64,000 bases of DNA from Acidobacteriota bacterium. GTDB lineage: Bacteria; Acidobacteriota; UBA6911. The position numbers and the translations under genes are program-made. Within the stretch, counting starts at the first letter, position 1. Each line of letters begins with the position of its first letter. Below the pieces are notes generated by a model, which saw only the letters and a program-made list of their open reading frames with translations, ran no database searches and was not told the origin of the DNA. Positions 39,863 to 50,113 of the stretch are shown here, in pieces. The DNA lies in the NCBI GenBank assembly GCA_963664705.1, contig OY761556.1, positions 3,552,001 to 3,616,000 on the forward strand, in the 5' to 3' direction.

Positions 39863-41698
39863 ATGGAAGACATCTTTGTGAAAGAGCGGGAGCGAGCCCG
39901 TATTCCGGATAAATACAAGTGGGATTTGACAGAAATCTTCGCGGATGATGAAGCATGGATCGCAGCAAAGCAAAAACTCGTCGTCTCTTTTCCCTCCATC
40001 TCACCATTCCAGGGAAAGCTTTCGGAATCTCCGGCAAAGATGCTGGAATGCCTGGAGTTGGTAAACCACATCCATAAGGAGTGCACAAGACTGTCCTGCT
40101 ATGCCAGCATGAAATCGGATCTGGACACGCGGGATGCCGGATATCTTGCGATGGACCAGGAAATGGGGCAGATCGCGTCCGACATTTCGGCATTGGATTC
40201 CTTTATCGATCCGGAAATCCTGAGAATGGGCGGGAAGGCGATTGAGGAATTTATTCATCAGGAGCCGCGATTGGCCGTATACCGGCATGTTTTCGACGAC
40301 ATCCTGCGGAAAAAGGACCACACGCGAAGTGAAGGCGAGGAGAAGATTATCGCGGAAGCCGGCCTGATGGCAGATTCGCCCGCAAGCATCAATAATGTTT
40401 TCACCAACGCAGACTTCCCCTATCCGGAGGTGGAGCTGGATGGAGCTTCCGTCCGCCTGGATCCGGCATCGTTCAGCCTCCACCGACGCTCGCCGGTCCG
40501 CGAAAACCGGAAAATAGTATTCTCCGCATATCTGGGAAAATTGAACGATTATAGAAGAACGATCGGGGCACAGTTAGCGGCGGAAGTGCGCAAGAACATG
40601 TTTTTCAGTCGATCCCGCGCCTATGGCTCCAGCCTGGAACGATCTTTGGACAGTCACAACATCCCCGTATCCGTTTATAGAAGCCTCATCGCGGGGGCTC
40701 ACGCACATATCGATACACTGCACCGGTATTTGAAGCTCCGCGGGAGCTTGCTCGGCCTGGATGAATTGCATTATTACGATCTATATGCGCCGATCGTGAA
40801 AGAACTCGAACTCAACTATTCCTTCGATGAAGCTGTTGACCATGTATTGGCTTCGCTGGAGCCTCTCGGTCAGGAATACATAAAAATAGCCCGTGAAGCC
40901 CTTTCAAACCGCTGGATTGACGTATACCACAACCATGGGAAGCGATCAGGCGCTTACTCCAATGGATCCGTCTATGATGTCCACCCGTACATGCTTCTGA
41001 ATTACAACGGGAAATATGATGATGTGAGCACTTTGACCCATGAACTGGGACATACAATGCATAGCTACCTCACAAACGAGGCGCAGCCTTATGCGCTCTC
41101 GCACTATTCCATTTTTGTTGCAGAGGTTGCATCCACCTTCAACGAAGCGCTGCTCCTGGATCACATGCTGAAGCTCGAAACCCGGGATGAAGTGCGGCTG
41201 TCCCTGCTGGGCAATTATCTCGACAACGCACGCGCCACGGTGTTCCGACAGGTGCAGTTTGCGGAGTTTGAGCTCAAAATGCATGAAACTGCAGAACAGG
41301 GAACCGCGCTGACAGGAGACCTTCTGAATTCGATTTACGAATCTATCGCCCGCGAATATTACGGTCACGACAAAGGGGTTTGTGTCATTGACGATGAAAT
41401 CAAGGCGGAATGGGCCTATATCCCTCATTTCTTCTACAATTTTTATGTTTATCAATATGCGACCTCATTCACGGCATCCGCGGCTATTTTGGAAAGGGTG
41501 CTGGCGGGAGAGGAAGGCGCGGTATCGCGCTATATCGATCTTCTCTCATCAGGCGCCTCGGACTATCCGATAGAGCTATTGAAGAAGGTGGGAGTGGATA
41601 TGACCACGCCTAAACCGCTGGAGGCAGCCATAGCTCAGATGAACCGGGCGATGGATGAAATTGAGAAAATTGCTTCGCGCCTGCATCTGCTGCATTAA
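39863..41698 (+). CDS. pepF: Oligoendopeptidase F (peptidase M3B)
   Basis: YKWDL, RWID, GKRSGAYS, HELGHTMHS, AEVAST, WAYIPHF, YVYQYAT; GAGGAG RBS. Confidence 0.95.
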   Translation: MEDIFVKERERARIPDKYKWDLTEIFADDEAWIAAKQKLVVSFPSISPFQGKLSESPAKMLECLELVNHIHKECTRLSCYASMKSDLDTRDAGYLAMDQEMGQIASDISALDSFIDPEILRMGGKAIEEFIHQEPRLAVYRHVFDDILRKKDHTRSEGEEKIIAEAGLMADSPASINNVFTNADFPYPEVELDGASVRLDPASFSLHRRSPVRENRKIVFSAYLGKLNDYRRTIGAQLAAEVRKNMFFSRSRAYGSSLERSLDSHNIPVSVYRSLIAGAHAHIDTLHRYLKLRGSLLGLDELHYYDLYAPIVKELELNYSFDEAVDHVLASLEPLGQEYIKIAREALSNRWIDVYHNHGKRSGAYSNGSVYDVHPYMLLNYNGKYDDVSTLTHELGHTMHSYLTNEAQPYALSHYSIFVAEVASTFNEALLLDHMLKLETRDEVRLSLLGNYLDNARATVFRQVQFAEFELKMHETAEQGTALTGDLLNSIYESIAREYYGHDKGVCVIDDEIKAEWAYIPHFFYNFYVYQYATSFTASAAILERVLAGEEGAVSRYIDLLSSGASDYPIELLKKVGVDMTTPKPLEAAIAQMNRAMDEIEKIASRLHLLH

Positions 41699-41746
41699 TC
41701 CATTCAGCATTCCCGTGCAGGCCAAAAGGAAACTGCGGTACTGAAT

Positions 41747-42022
41747 ATGTTGAGATATGCCCGACGAATCGCAATACTCATCATCGGAATGACAGTGCTG
41801 TTGATTGGTGTCGCGATGATCGTTCTGCCGGGGCCTGCCCTGGTTGTCATTCCTGTGGGGCTGGCCATACTGGCAACAGAGTATGCATGGGCCCGTCGAT
41901 GGCTGAATATCGTGAAAGAATCCGCGGAAAAAGGAGCGGAAAAATTGAACCTCCGCTCCTTTTTCTCACGAAAAAAAAGCTCGACCAGTGCGCCTGACGG
42001 AACAGGCGCAGAAAATTCCTGA
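41747..42022 (+). CDS. PGPGW-family small membrane protein
   Basis: LPGPALVVIPVGLAILATEYAWARR. Confidence 0.85.
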   Translation: MLRYARRIAILIIGMTVLLIGVAMIVLPGPALVVIPVGLAILATEYAWARRWLNIVKESAEKGAEKLNLRSFFSRKKSSTSAPDGTGAENS

Positions 42023-42098
42023 TTGGCAGCGCATTCCATCAAAGCACAGTTCTGTTCCGGAAACACAACCCCGTGGTTCCTGATTTAGGGAGGCTAGC

Positions 42099-43112
42099 AT
42101 GTCTGATTTACAGCAATGGTACATGTTGATCGGTGGCAATCAAATAGGCCCGGTGAGCATACAGCAGGTCATCGCCAATATTCAGAATGGCAGCGTGCAG
42201 GCAAACACGTATGTTTTCGCCGTTGGAATGAAGGATTGGGTTCCAGCGGGACAGGTGGAGTCTTTCGCCCCGTATTTCGGTTCAAGCCCGGTCCCGGTTC
42301 CGATACCCAAGGCTCCAGAAAAAGTCGCTCACGAAATTGACTTCAAGATCTTCGGCGAGGATCTCCAGTTTGTGGAGGTAGAGCTGGATCCAGGGGAAAG
42401 TGCGGTCGCCGAAGCCGGCGCAATGATGTATATGACCCCGGGCATTGAAATGAATACCATCTTTGGAGACGGATCTGCATCCAGCGCATCCGCGGGTTTG
42501 ATGGGGAAACTTCTCGGAGCCGGAAAGCGCATTATCACCGGCGAAAGCCTGTTCATGACAGTTTTCACCAACTCGGGAAGCGGCAAGCAACAGGTCGCAT
42601 TTGCGGCCCCTTTTGCCGGCCGGATTCTTCCAATGGATCTTACTACGCTGGGAGGAACACTCATCTGTCAGAAAGACTCCTTCCTCTGTGCAGCAAAGGG
42701 CGTATCCATAGGAATCGCGTTCCAGCGGAAAATCGGAGTGGGACTGTTCGGCGGAGAAGGATTTATCATGCAGAGGCTCGAAGGAGACGGGTTGTGTTTT
42801 GTCCATGCAGGCGGGATGCTCCACAGCCTGGAGCTTGCCGCAGGCCAGACCCTGCGCGTCGACACGGGATGCATCGTGGCATTACAGCCCAGCGTGAACT
42901 TTGACATTCAGTTTGTCGGCAAGATCAAATCGGCTTTGTTTGGTGGAGAAGGATTGTTCTTTGCCACCCTGACCGGCCCGGGAAAAGTGTGGCTCCAGTC
43001 GCTGCCCCTGAGCCGTCTCGCCGATAGAATCGTAAAGGCTGCATCGGTCGGTGGAAGAAAAGAAGAGGGGAGTATTCTCGGCAATTTCGGCAATCTGATT
43101 GATGGTGACTAA
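42099..43112 (+). CDS. TIGR00266/AIM24 family protein with N-terminal GYF_2 domain
   Basis: WYMLIGGNQIGPVS...GMKDW (GYF_2); AEAGAMM, TGESLF, FGGEGF, LQSLP. Confidence 0.9.
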   Translation: MSDLQQWYMLIGGNQIGPVSIQQVIANIQNGSVQANTYVFAVGMKDWVPAGQVESFAPYFGSSPVPVPIPKAPEKVAHEIDFKIFGEDLQFVEVELDPGESAVAEAGAMMYMTPGIEMNTIFGDGSASSASAGLMGKLLGAGKRIITGESLFMTVFTNSGSGKQQVAFAAPFAGRILPMDLTTLGGTLICQKDSFLCAAKGVSIGIAFQRKIGVGLFGGEGFIMQRLEGDGLCFVHAGGMLHSLELAAGQTLRVDTGCIVALQPSVNFDIQFVGKIKSALFGGEGLFFATLTGPGKVWLQSLPLSRLADRIVKAASVGGRKEEGSILGNFGNLIDGD

Positions 43113-43123
43113 GTTTGGGTCCG

Positions 43124-43159
43124 AAAGCCCGAAGGCTCCGGGAAGAGTCTTCGGGCTTT
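43124..43159 (+). terminator. Intrinsic terminator-like hairpin
   Basis: AAAGCCCGAAGGCTC-cgggaa-GAGTCTTCGGGCTTT, 11 bp after the stop codon. Confidence 0.7.
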
Positions 43160-43235
43160 GTCGAGGTCACGTGCTCCTAGTCATCGGATTTGTTTATAAG
43201 TAAAATTGATCCGGTACGCGTTTCCCGGGAGCACG

Positions 43236-46200
43236 ATGAAAAAGCATTGGCGCAAGATTCTATCCATAATCATATTGGCGGTCGTACTCCTCGCATTCGG
43301 CTGCCACTTCCTGCTGCAGACTTCGCTCGTCACCCGGCTGCTCCTCAACCAAGCAAACCAATATCTCCGCCATAATGCTAACGTGGAATTGGGTGCATCC
43401 AGGTTGAAGCTCAACCTGTTCAAGCAAAGCATTACTCTGGAAAATGCAACCATCCGCGCCACATCCGCCCCGGACCTCCCTCCCCTTTTCCGGGCTTCCC
43501 GGATATATGCCAGGCTGGGAGTTCTTTCCACAATTCGCGGCTTGCTGACGATAGAGGATTTGCAGATTACTGCGCCCAAAGTTCATTGCTACGTTGGACA
43601 GGATGACAGAACAAATCTGCCGACAAGCGTCAAGAAAGCGGAATCGACAGCCCGATACCTGATTGTGCGCGCTTCTGCAGATAACGGTTCAATCCGCTAT
43701 GAAAACCGGCGTCAGCAAACAGATTTGAATCTGCCCGTGTGGCATCTTGGCATCAGCGGAAATCCAGCCACGCTCGATCACCAATTGGATTACTCAACGC
43801 AGAGAGGCGGATTCATACAGACCAGGGATCAGACCATCCCAATGGACTCCATTCAAGTTCAGGGATCACTGAAGCGCGATGCCCTCGAAATAGGCCTGGC
43901 CCGGCTTTCATCACAGCATTCGATTCTCTCGGCAAAGGGTACAATCCGAGGCTTTTCAAATCCGCAGATCGATCTGCACCTGATCCCCGATCTCGATTTA
44001 CAGGATCTCGCAGCCACCGCTGCTATCGGGCGGCGTTGGCAAGGCAAGCTGACGGGCAGCGTTCACGCTACGGGCCCAATCCCGGGATTGGAGATACAGG
44101 CAAGCATCCGGGGAATCAATGTCACGGCAGAAAGCTACAAAGGCATCGGGCTCGATTCCAGCATTCGCGCAACCTTGAACGACGGGAGTATCCTGCTGCG
44201 GGATTTTCAGCTAAGGTTTCCACAGGGATCTTTGCAAGGTGCCGGAACCCTCATTACTGGGTCAAATCACGGGGTGAATCATCTCGATGTTGCTCTGAAG
44301 GATTTTGATTTTTACCCCGCATGGAGGCTCATTCACCCGTCGTTTGATCTTGCCAGCCGGGGCACCGGGAAAATCTCAATGAATTGGGATGGCCCCCTGG
44401 GCGTTTCCAATCTGAATGGCAGAGCCAATCTGGATCTGCGCCCAACACGCCGAAATCCAGGACGATACATTCTTCCAGTTTCGGGTAATGTTGTTGCAGA
44501 AATGCGCGCGGGACGCATGACGGGAGCTTTGCAGGCTGCAACGATTGTCGGCACTCGGCTGCGCGGCAGTTTCTCGATGGTCTCTTTTAAAACCATCGAT
44601 GCAGCGGTCCATGGAGACAGCGCAAACATCGAATCCAGCCTATCATCTGTTTCTGAATTTATCGGCAACCCCGATCCAACGCTGGTGGGCATGAAACTGG
44701 TAGGTCCCGTACAATTCGTCGCCAGTATTTCCGGCCCACTTGCCAATCCCCTTATCTCGGCCACTGTTCATAGCCCCTCTCTACAGGCCGGCAATCTAAA
44801 GGGTTTGGGAGTGGATGCGGATACTGCCATCAAGGATTCTCAAGTTGAGTTCCGAGGCTCCGTCGCGTTGTCGGATGCTTCGGTTATCGAAGCCCGGGGA
44901 ACCGTTGCCTTCAGCAGGAATAGGGCCCGCCTCCAACTTGACGCATCCACTAGCCGCGTACCGGCCGGCACGATCCTCCCCATTCTCGGCAGCAGCATTC
45001 CCGCAAAAGGTGAGTTGAACGGCACCCTGCACCTGGACGGTCCAGTGGATAACCTCACCGGTTACGCTCGCATCGCAGGAACCGGGCTAAGCATTTATCA
45101 GGAACCGCTGGGTCAGTTTGAAACAAATCTGCAGGTATCGGGAAACGAGATTCGCTCCAATCCTTTCAGGTTTATCCGAGACGCACAGCATCCGGACACT
45201 AATTACATTGACGCAGCCTTCAGCTATGGGCTGAATTCGGGGCAGTTCGCGATTCGGGCAAACGGTAAGGACTTGATTTGGGAACAGCATCAGTTCCATG
45301 GCACTGAAATTCTCAACGGAAAAATAAACCTGAGCCTGTCCGGTCAGGGGACCTTCGAAAAACCCGTGATAGATCTTAAACTCGAATCCGGGAATATACA
45401 GGTGCGCGAGCGCAGGATCGGCCCCATCACTGTCCTGGCAACAATGCGGGACAACCATGCAACCATCAATGCGACGGCACCGCAAATAAACATCTCTTCA
45501 TCCGCACACATCGGCACGCTCTCGCCATACCCTTTTGACGCAGAGATGCACATCCAAAATACGGATGTGTCATTGCTAGGGTTGACAGCCGCAAACAAAC
45601 AGCCGGTTACAGGCACCATCGCTGCAACACTGAACAGCGATGGAAATCTTGATGCAATCAAAGATTCCCATTTTGCAGCTCGGATTCAAAAATTGGACCT
45701 GCGCTCCGGGAACCTGGAAATGCATACGGACGGCATACTCGAGGCGGAATATCGAAACCAATCGATTGCCATTCTCAAACCTGCCACGATTGTGAGCGGC
45801 AATTCCAGTCTGCTGGTATCTGGAAGCGTACCCATGGAGCAAACGGGAGCGCCTGGAACCGTGATGCTAAAAGGTCAGGTCGATCTGGCCCAGGCTGCGG
45901 CTTTTTTGCCCCGGCAGGAAGGCTTGGCCGTTGCCGGCACCGTTAACCTGAACCTTTCCGTTTCCGGCAATGCAAAGCAAATCAACGCGTCCGGACTGAT
46001 CACCATGGATGACGGATACATCCGCGTACCGCACGTTGCCATGCCAATATCGAATATTCTTCTTCGGGCCAGTCTCGCCAATGGATCCCTGGTGTTGGAT
46101 CGCCTGGAAGCAAGGCTGGGATTGGGCTCCCTGGCGCTCAAAGGAGAACTGCCCCTTGGGCTTCTTCCCAACCGTATCCCCATAGGTTTTCCGCAAAAAA

Positions 46201-49200
46201 AAGGCCCGGCCAAGCTGGAAGCAGACATCGTCAATTTTCAACCTGAGGCGGCCGGACTGCTGCCTCAGGGCGTGGAAGGATTCATATCCCTGCACGCTTC
46301 CGGACAGGCTGCCGGCATGAATCTTGACTCGGTCAATGCGGATATTGTCTTCCGGCAACTGGGATTCAAAGTAAACGAGATGACGCTGGGTCAAAAGGAT
46401 GCCTCCACCATTGTTGTCCGCAATGGAGTCGCAACCATCTCAAAGCTGGCGCTCACAGGGACAGAGACGAGTATTCAGGCCACCGGATCCGCAAGTCTTC
46501 TTCCGGAGGGGCCGCTGAATCTGCGGCTTCTCGGCAGTTTCGACGCCGCACTCCTTACATTCATGGAGAAGGATCTGAAAACCGCAGGCAAAATGCTGGT
46601 CCGTATCGCCGTCGGAGGAAACCGCCGGTCTCCCAGTCTTTCTGGAGTAGCGGAAATGACGGGGGGCCGGCTCACAATGAGGGAACCGCGCGTTGTGGCC
46701 GACTCACTGAGAATGGGACTCGATCTTGCCCCAAATCGAATCACCCTTCGAGAATTCAAAAGCACACTCAATGGCGGAACACTGACAGCAAGTGGAACGA
46801 TAGGATATGACAATCGGGAACTGAACAACTTCAACCTGAAAGCCGCGGTCCAGGACGCATTCCTGGAATTCCCCGATGGGTTGAGATCGGCAGCCAACGC
46901 GGACCTAACAATTACGTCTTCGGATGAAAACATCCTGGTAGGAGGCACAGTCCGTATTCTCGAGAGCTCTTACCGTGAACCGTTTGCCGTCACCGGATCT
47001 CTGCTTAGCTTCCTGAGATCCCAGCGGGTGATGATTGGAAGCACCGCACCCAACCCTTTACTGCAGCGGGTCCGTTTCAATGTCGCGATGCGGACTTCTG
47101 CCCCCCTGCTGGTTCAAAACAACATCGCCAAAGCTGAAGCATCCGCAAACATTCGGCTGGTGGGATCATTCTATCAGCCTTCATTTGTAGGCCGGGTCAC
47201 GCTGGATCAAGGAGGCGAGATTGTAATGAACCAGCGGACCTACTATATCGAGCGCGGAACCGTTACTCTCACAGATCAATCCGAAATCAGACCCGAACTG
47301 GATATCGAAGCTCAAACAAAAGTGGATCCTTATACGGTGACTCTTCGTTTGACCGGCCCCCCGGAAAGACTTTCCACGATTCTTAGTTCAGAGCCCTCGC
47401 TCCCTGAGCCCGATATTCTTTCTCTGCTCCTGACGGGCAAGGTTAGTTCGGAAAGCACTCAACAGGTTGCGCGCAGCCAGGCATTGGCGCTGGTGGCCGG
47501 GCAGGCCGGAGAGGAAATCACGCGGGAAGCCCGCCAAGCCCTGCACCTGAGCACCTTCCGGTTGGATCCCGGAGGCCTGATCGCATCGGAATCGGATTTG
47601 GGAGCAAGACTGACGATAGGCGAGGATATCACGAGAAAGCTGAGCCTCGCCTATTCCATGGACTTGGTCAACAGCGGCAAGCAGATTTGGGCCGCACAAT
47701 ACAAGATAACCCGAACGCTCACCACGCAGGCAACGAAGCAGGAAGACAACAGTTACCGGGCGGAATTCCGCCACGATCTCCGGTTCGGCGGCGCGCCAGC
47801 CACGCGAGCATCGCGGACCGCCCAGACCAAGTTTACGATCGGTTCCATTCAGTTTCGCGGACAGGATCCGGAATTTGAAAGCAAGTTGAGGGAGAGATTC
47901 AAGGTCAAACCCGGCGACAGGTATGATTTCCCGAAGGTTCAGAAAGGACTGGACCGACTTCACGCCTTTTATTCCGATCAGAAGCGGCTGGAAGCGAATA
48001 TTCGGCTTCAGCGCGAAACCCAGGACAAAAACGTCAGCCTTGATATCAGCATCGAACCTGGTCCTATTCTGGAATTCTCCTATCAGGGGTTCGCGCTATC
48101 ACAAAAAATTAGGGAACAGGTCGAGGCTGACTGGAAAAACGGTGTTTTTGACATCGAACGATTGGAGGATGCCGTCAACACCCTCCGCCGGCAACTGCTT
48201 CTCGAAGGCTATCTGCAGGCCAAGATAACTCATGCGGTTGAAACTCAGGCGGATCGGAAGATTGTTCATTTCGTAGTGGAACCAGGAACGAAGTTTTCCA
48301 AAATACCGGTTCTCTTCCCGGACGCTTCGGGAATCAGCGCGACCGAACTGATCAATGCGTTGGACAAATCAAATCTTGAATTGGACATTTACGCGGATCC
48401 GCAGAAGGTAGCCGACTATATCAAACAGTATTACCGTGAACGCGGATTTCTTCAGGCAAATATTGCTCTTCCCAAACCGAAGCTCGATCCCAAAGCAGGG
48501 ACGGGCGAAGTGGCCATCCCGGTTCAGGAAGGTCCACTCTTTAAGGTGGGCGATCTGGAATTCGAAAGCTATAAAGCCTTTGACTACGACCAGCTATGGA
48601 GTGTGATTCCCACATCCACCGGAAGCATCTACAACCCCAAGAGCATGCAGGATGCAATGCGCGCGCTGGAAACGCTGTACCACGGCAAGGGCTACAACGA
48701 CGTATCCGTCACCTACCGTGTTTTGCAGGAACCCAAAGCCGCACGGGCTGATGTTGCATTCCAAATCACGGAGCGCAGGCAATCCATTATCCGGGAGATT
48801 GAGATTGAAGGAAACAGAGACACCAGCCGTGGCTTCATCCAACGCCAATTGGATTTCGAAATTGGAGACGTGCTCGATCTGAACAGGATCGACACAACTC
48901 GAAAAAGGCTCTACACCACGGGAGTATACACATCGGTGGATTTTCAGAACGAAGAACTGCCGGGCTCCACACTGAATTCCGCTGTAAAGAATATGCGTGT
49001 TCGCATTCGCGTCCGCGAAGCTCGCCCCTACCGCCTGCAGTACGGAGTCCTTTACGATACCGACCGCGGCCCTGGCGGTCTGCTGGAAGCCCAGAATCTC
49101 AATGTATTCGGGCGCGCGTCCTCCCTTGGAATGAAGCTGCGCTACGACTCCAACCTGAAGGAAGCTCGCATTTCCTACAATCAGCCGTTTGTCACCAACA

Positions 49201-50066
49201 ACTTTCTTAAGCTGGACGCAACAGCTTTTGTGCAAAAGGAAACTCGCGTTGCCTTCGACGCAAAACGGGTCGGATTCGCGCTGTTCCGGGAAAAAGCGCT
49301 TGCCCGGAAGTATGTTTTCGACTACGGCTATCGCTATGACTACGTAAGGTGGGACGGGCTTCCTCCGGATCCCACGCTCTATCAGTCCAGCGCTCCTGTT
49401 TCACGCCTGGTTGCGACGGTGACGAGAGATACGCGCGATAGTATCCTGGACGCAACGCGCGGAGAGTTCACTTCCCACAGCTTTGAGTTTGGCCCCAGCT
49501 GGCTCGGATCGGAAACAGGATTCGCCCGGTATTCCGGACAGTATTTTCGCTATGTCCCGCTGGACAAGTACCTGGGAAAACCGGTGAAGGATAAGGAGGG
49601 AAATCGACTGCCGGCATCTCTTGTATATGCCGGTGCTCTGCGCCTCGGATTGACCACCGCGTTCAGCCATAACCAGGAAGTTATCTCTCCAGAACGGTTT
49701 TTTGCAGGTGGCGGCACGACGATGCGAGGTTTCAAGCAGGACATGCTGGGCCCTACCAAATTTGAAACTGATCGGGAAACGGGCGAACTGGTGGAGCGGC
49801 CCGTTGGAGGAGAAGCGCAGTTTCTTTTCAACAACGAAATCCGATTCCCCATCGTCAGTATTTTTCAGGGAGTAGGATTTGTGGACATCGGAAACATCTA
49901 CCCGCGCATTTCCGATTTCAATTTTAGCCTGCGCAAGACGGCCGGAATCGGGCTTCGACTCAAAATCAAATTCGTCCCGATTCGTTTTGATTATGGATTC
50001 AAGCTCGACCGCAGGACAGGGGAAAGCCGGGGTGCCTTTTTCTTCAGCATCGGCCAGGCATTTTAG
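43236..50066 (+). CDS. TamB (AsmA-like/DUF490) - POTRA - Omp85 (TamA/BamA-like) fusion protein
   Basis: N-terminal TM anchor, about 1500 aa of beta-rich AsmA/TamB sequence (PELDIEA..LSSEPSLPEPDILSLLLTG), POTRA repeats (IREIEIEGNRDT, YRERGFLQA), and a barrel with FFAGGGTTMRGF ending FSIGQAF. No internal stop. Confidence 0.88.
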   Translation: MKKHWRKILSIIILAVVLLAFGCHFLLQTSLVTRLLLNQANQYLRHNANVELGASRLKLNLFKQSITLENATIRATSAPDLPPLFRASRIYARLGVLSTIRGLLTIEDLQITAPKVHCYVGQDDRTNLPTSVKKAESTARYLIVRASADNGSIRYENRRQQTDLNLPVWHLGISGNPATLDHQLDYSTQRGGFIQTRDQTIPMDSIQVQGSLKRDALEIGLARLSSQHSILSAKGTIRGFSNPQIDLHLIPDLDLQDLAATAAIGRRWQGKLTGSVHATGPIPGLEIQASIRGINVTAESYKGIGLDSSIRATLNDGSILLRDFQLRFPQGSLQGAGTLITGSNHGVNHLDVALKDFDFYPAWRLIHPSFDLASRGTGKISMNWDGPLGVSNLNGRANLDLRPTRRNPGRYILPVSGNVVAEMRAGRMTGALQAATIVGTRLRGSFSMVSFKTIDAAVHGDSANIESSLSSVSEFIGNPDPTLVGMKLVGPVQFVASISGPLANPLISATVHSPSLQAGNLKGLGVDADTAIKDSQVEFRGSVALSDASVIEARGTVAFSRNRARLQLDASTSRVPAGTILPILGSSIPAKGELNGTLHLDGPVDNLTGYARIAGTGLSIYQEPLGQFETNLQVSGNEIRSNPFRFIRDAQHPDTNYIDAAFSYGLNSGQFAIRANGKDLIWEQHQFHGTEILNGKINLSLSGQGTFEKPVIDLKLESGNIQVRERRIGPITVLATMRDNHATINATAPQINISSSAHIGTLSPYPFDAEMHIQNTDVSLLGLTAANKQPVTGTIAATLNSDGNLDAIKDSHFAARIQKLDLRSGNLEMHTDGILEAEYRNQSIAILKPATIVSGNSSLLVSGSVPMEQTGAPGTVMLKGQVDLAQAAAFLPRQEGLAVAGTVNLNLSVSGNAKQINASGLITMDDGYIRVPHVAMPISNILLRASLANGSLVLDRLEARLGLGSLALKGELPLGLLPNRIPIGFPQKKGPAKLEADIVNFQPEAAGLLPQGVEGFISLHASGQAAGMNLDSVNADIVFRQLGFKVNEMTLGQKDASTIVVRNGVATISKLALTGTETSIQATGSASLLPEGPLNLRLLGSFDAALLTFMEKDLKTAGKMLVRIAVGGNRRSPSLSGVAEMTGGRLTMREPRVVADSLRMGLDLAPNRITLREFKSTLNGGTLTASGTIGYDNRELNNFNLKAAVQDAFLEFPDGLRSAANADLTITSSDENILVGGTVRILESSYREPFAVTGSLLSFLRSQRVMIGSTAPNPLLQRVRFNVAMRTSAPLLVQNNIAKAEASANIRLVGSFYQPSFVGRVTLDQGGEIVMNQRTYYIERGTVTLTDQSEIRPELDIEAQTKVDPYTVTLRLTGPPERLSTILSSEPSLPEPDILSLLLTGKVSSESTQQVARSQALALVAGQAGEEITREARQALHLSTFRLDPGGLIASESDLGARLTIGEDITRKLSLAYSMDLVNSGKQIWAAQYKITRTLTTQATKQEDNSYRAEFRHDLRFGGAPATRASRTAQTKFTIGSIQFRGQDPEFESKLRERFKVKPGDRYDFPKVQKGLDRLHAFYSDQKRLEANIRLQRETQDKNVSLDISIEPGPILEFSYQGFALSQKIREQVEADWKNGVFDIERLEDAVNTLRRQLLLEGYLQAKITHAVETQADRKIVHFVVEPGTKFSKIPVLFPDASGISATELINALDKSNLELDIYADPQKVADYIKQYYRERGFLQANIALPKPKLDPKAGTGEVAIPVQEGPLFKVGDLEFESYKAFDYDQLWSVIPTSTGSIYNPKSMQDAMRALETLYHGKGYNDVSVTYRVLQEPKAARADVAFQITERRQSIIREIEIEGNRDTSRGFIQRQLDFEIGDVLDLNRIDTTRKRLYTTGVYTSVDFQNEELPGSTLNSAVKNMRVRIRVREARPYRLQYGVLYDTDRGPGGLLEAQNLNVFGRASSLGMKLRYDSNLKEARISYNQPFVTNNFLKLDATAFVQKETRVAFDAKRVGFALFREKALARKYVFDYGYRYDYVRWDGLPPDPTLYQSSAPVSRLVATVTRDTRDSILDATRGEFTSHSFEFGPSWLGSETGFARYSGQYFRYVPLDKYLGKPVKDKEGNRLPASLVYAGALRLGLTTAFSHNQEVISPERFFAGGGTTMRGFKQDMLGPTKFETDRETGELVERPVGGEAQFLFNNEIRFPIVSIFQGVGFVDIGNIYPRISDFNFSLRKTAGIGLRLKIKFVPIRFDYGFKLDRRTGESRGAFFFSIGQAF

Positions 50067-50113
50067 TCCGGAGAGACCGCAGCCCTTGCATCCAGCCGGC
50101 AGATCTTCCCAGT

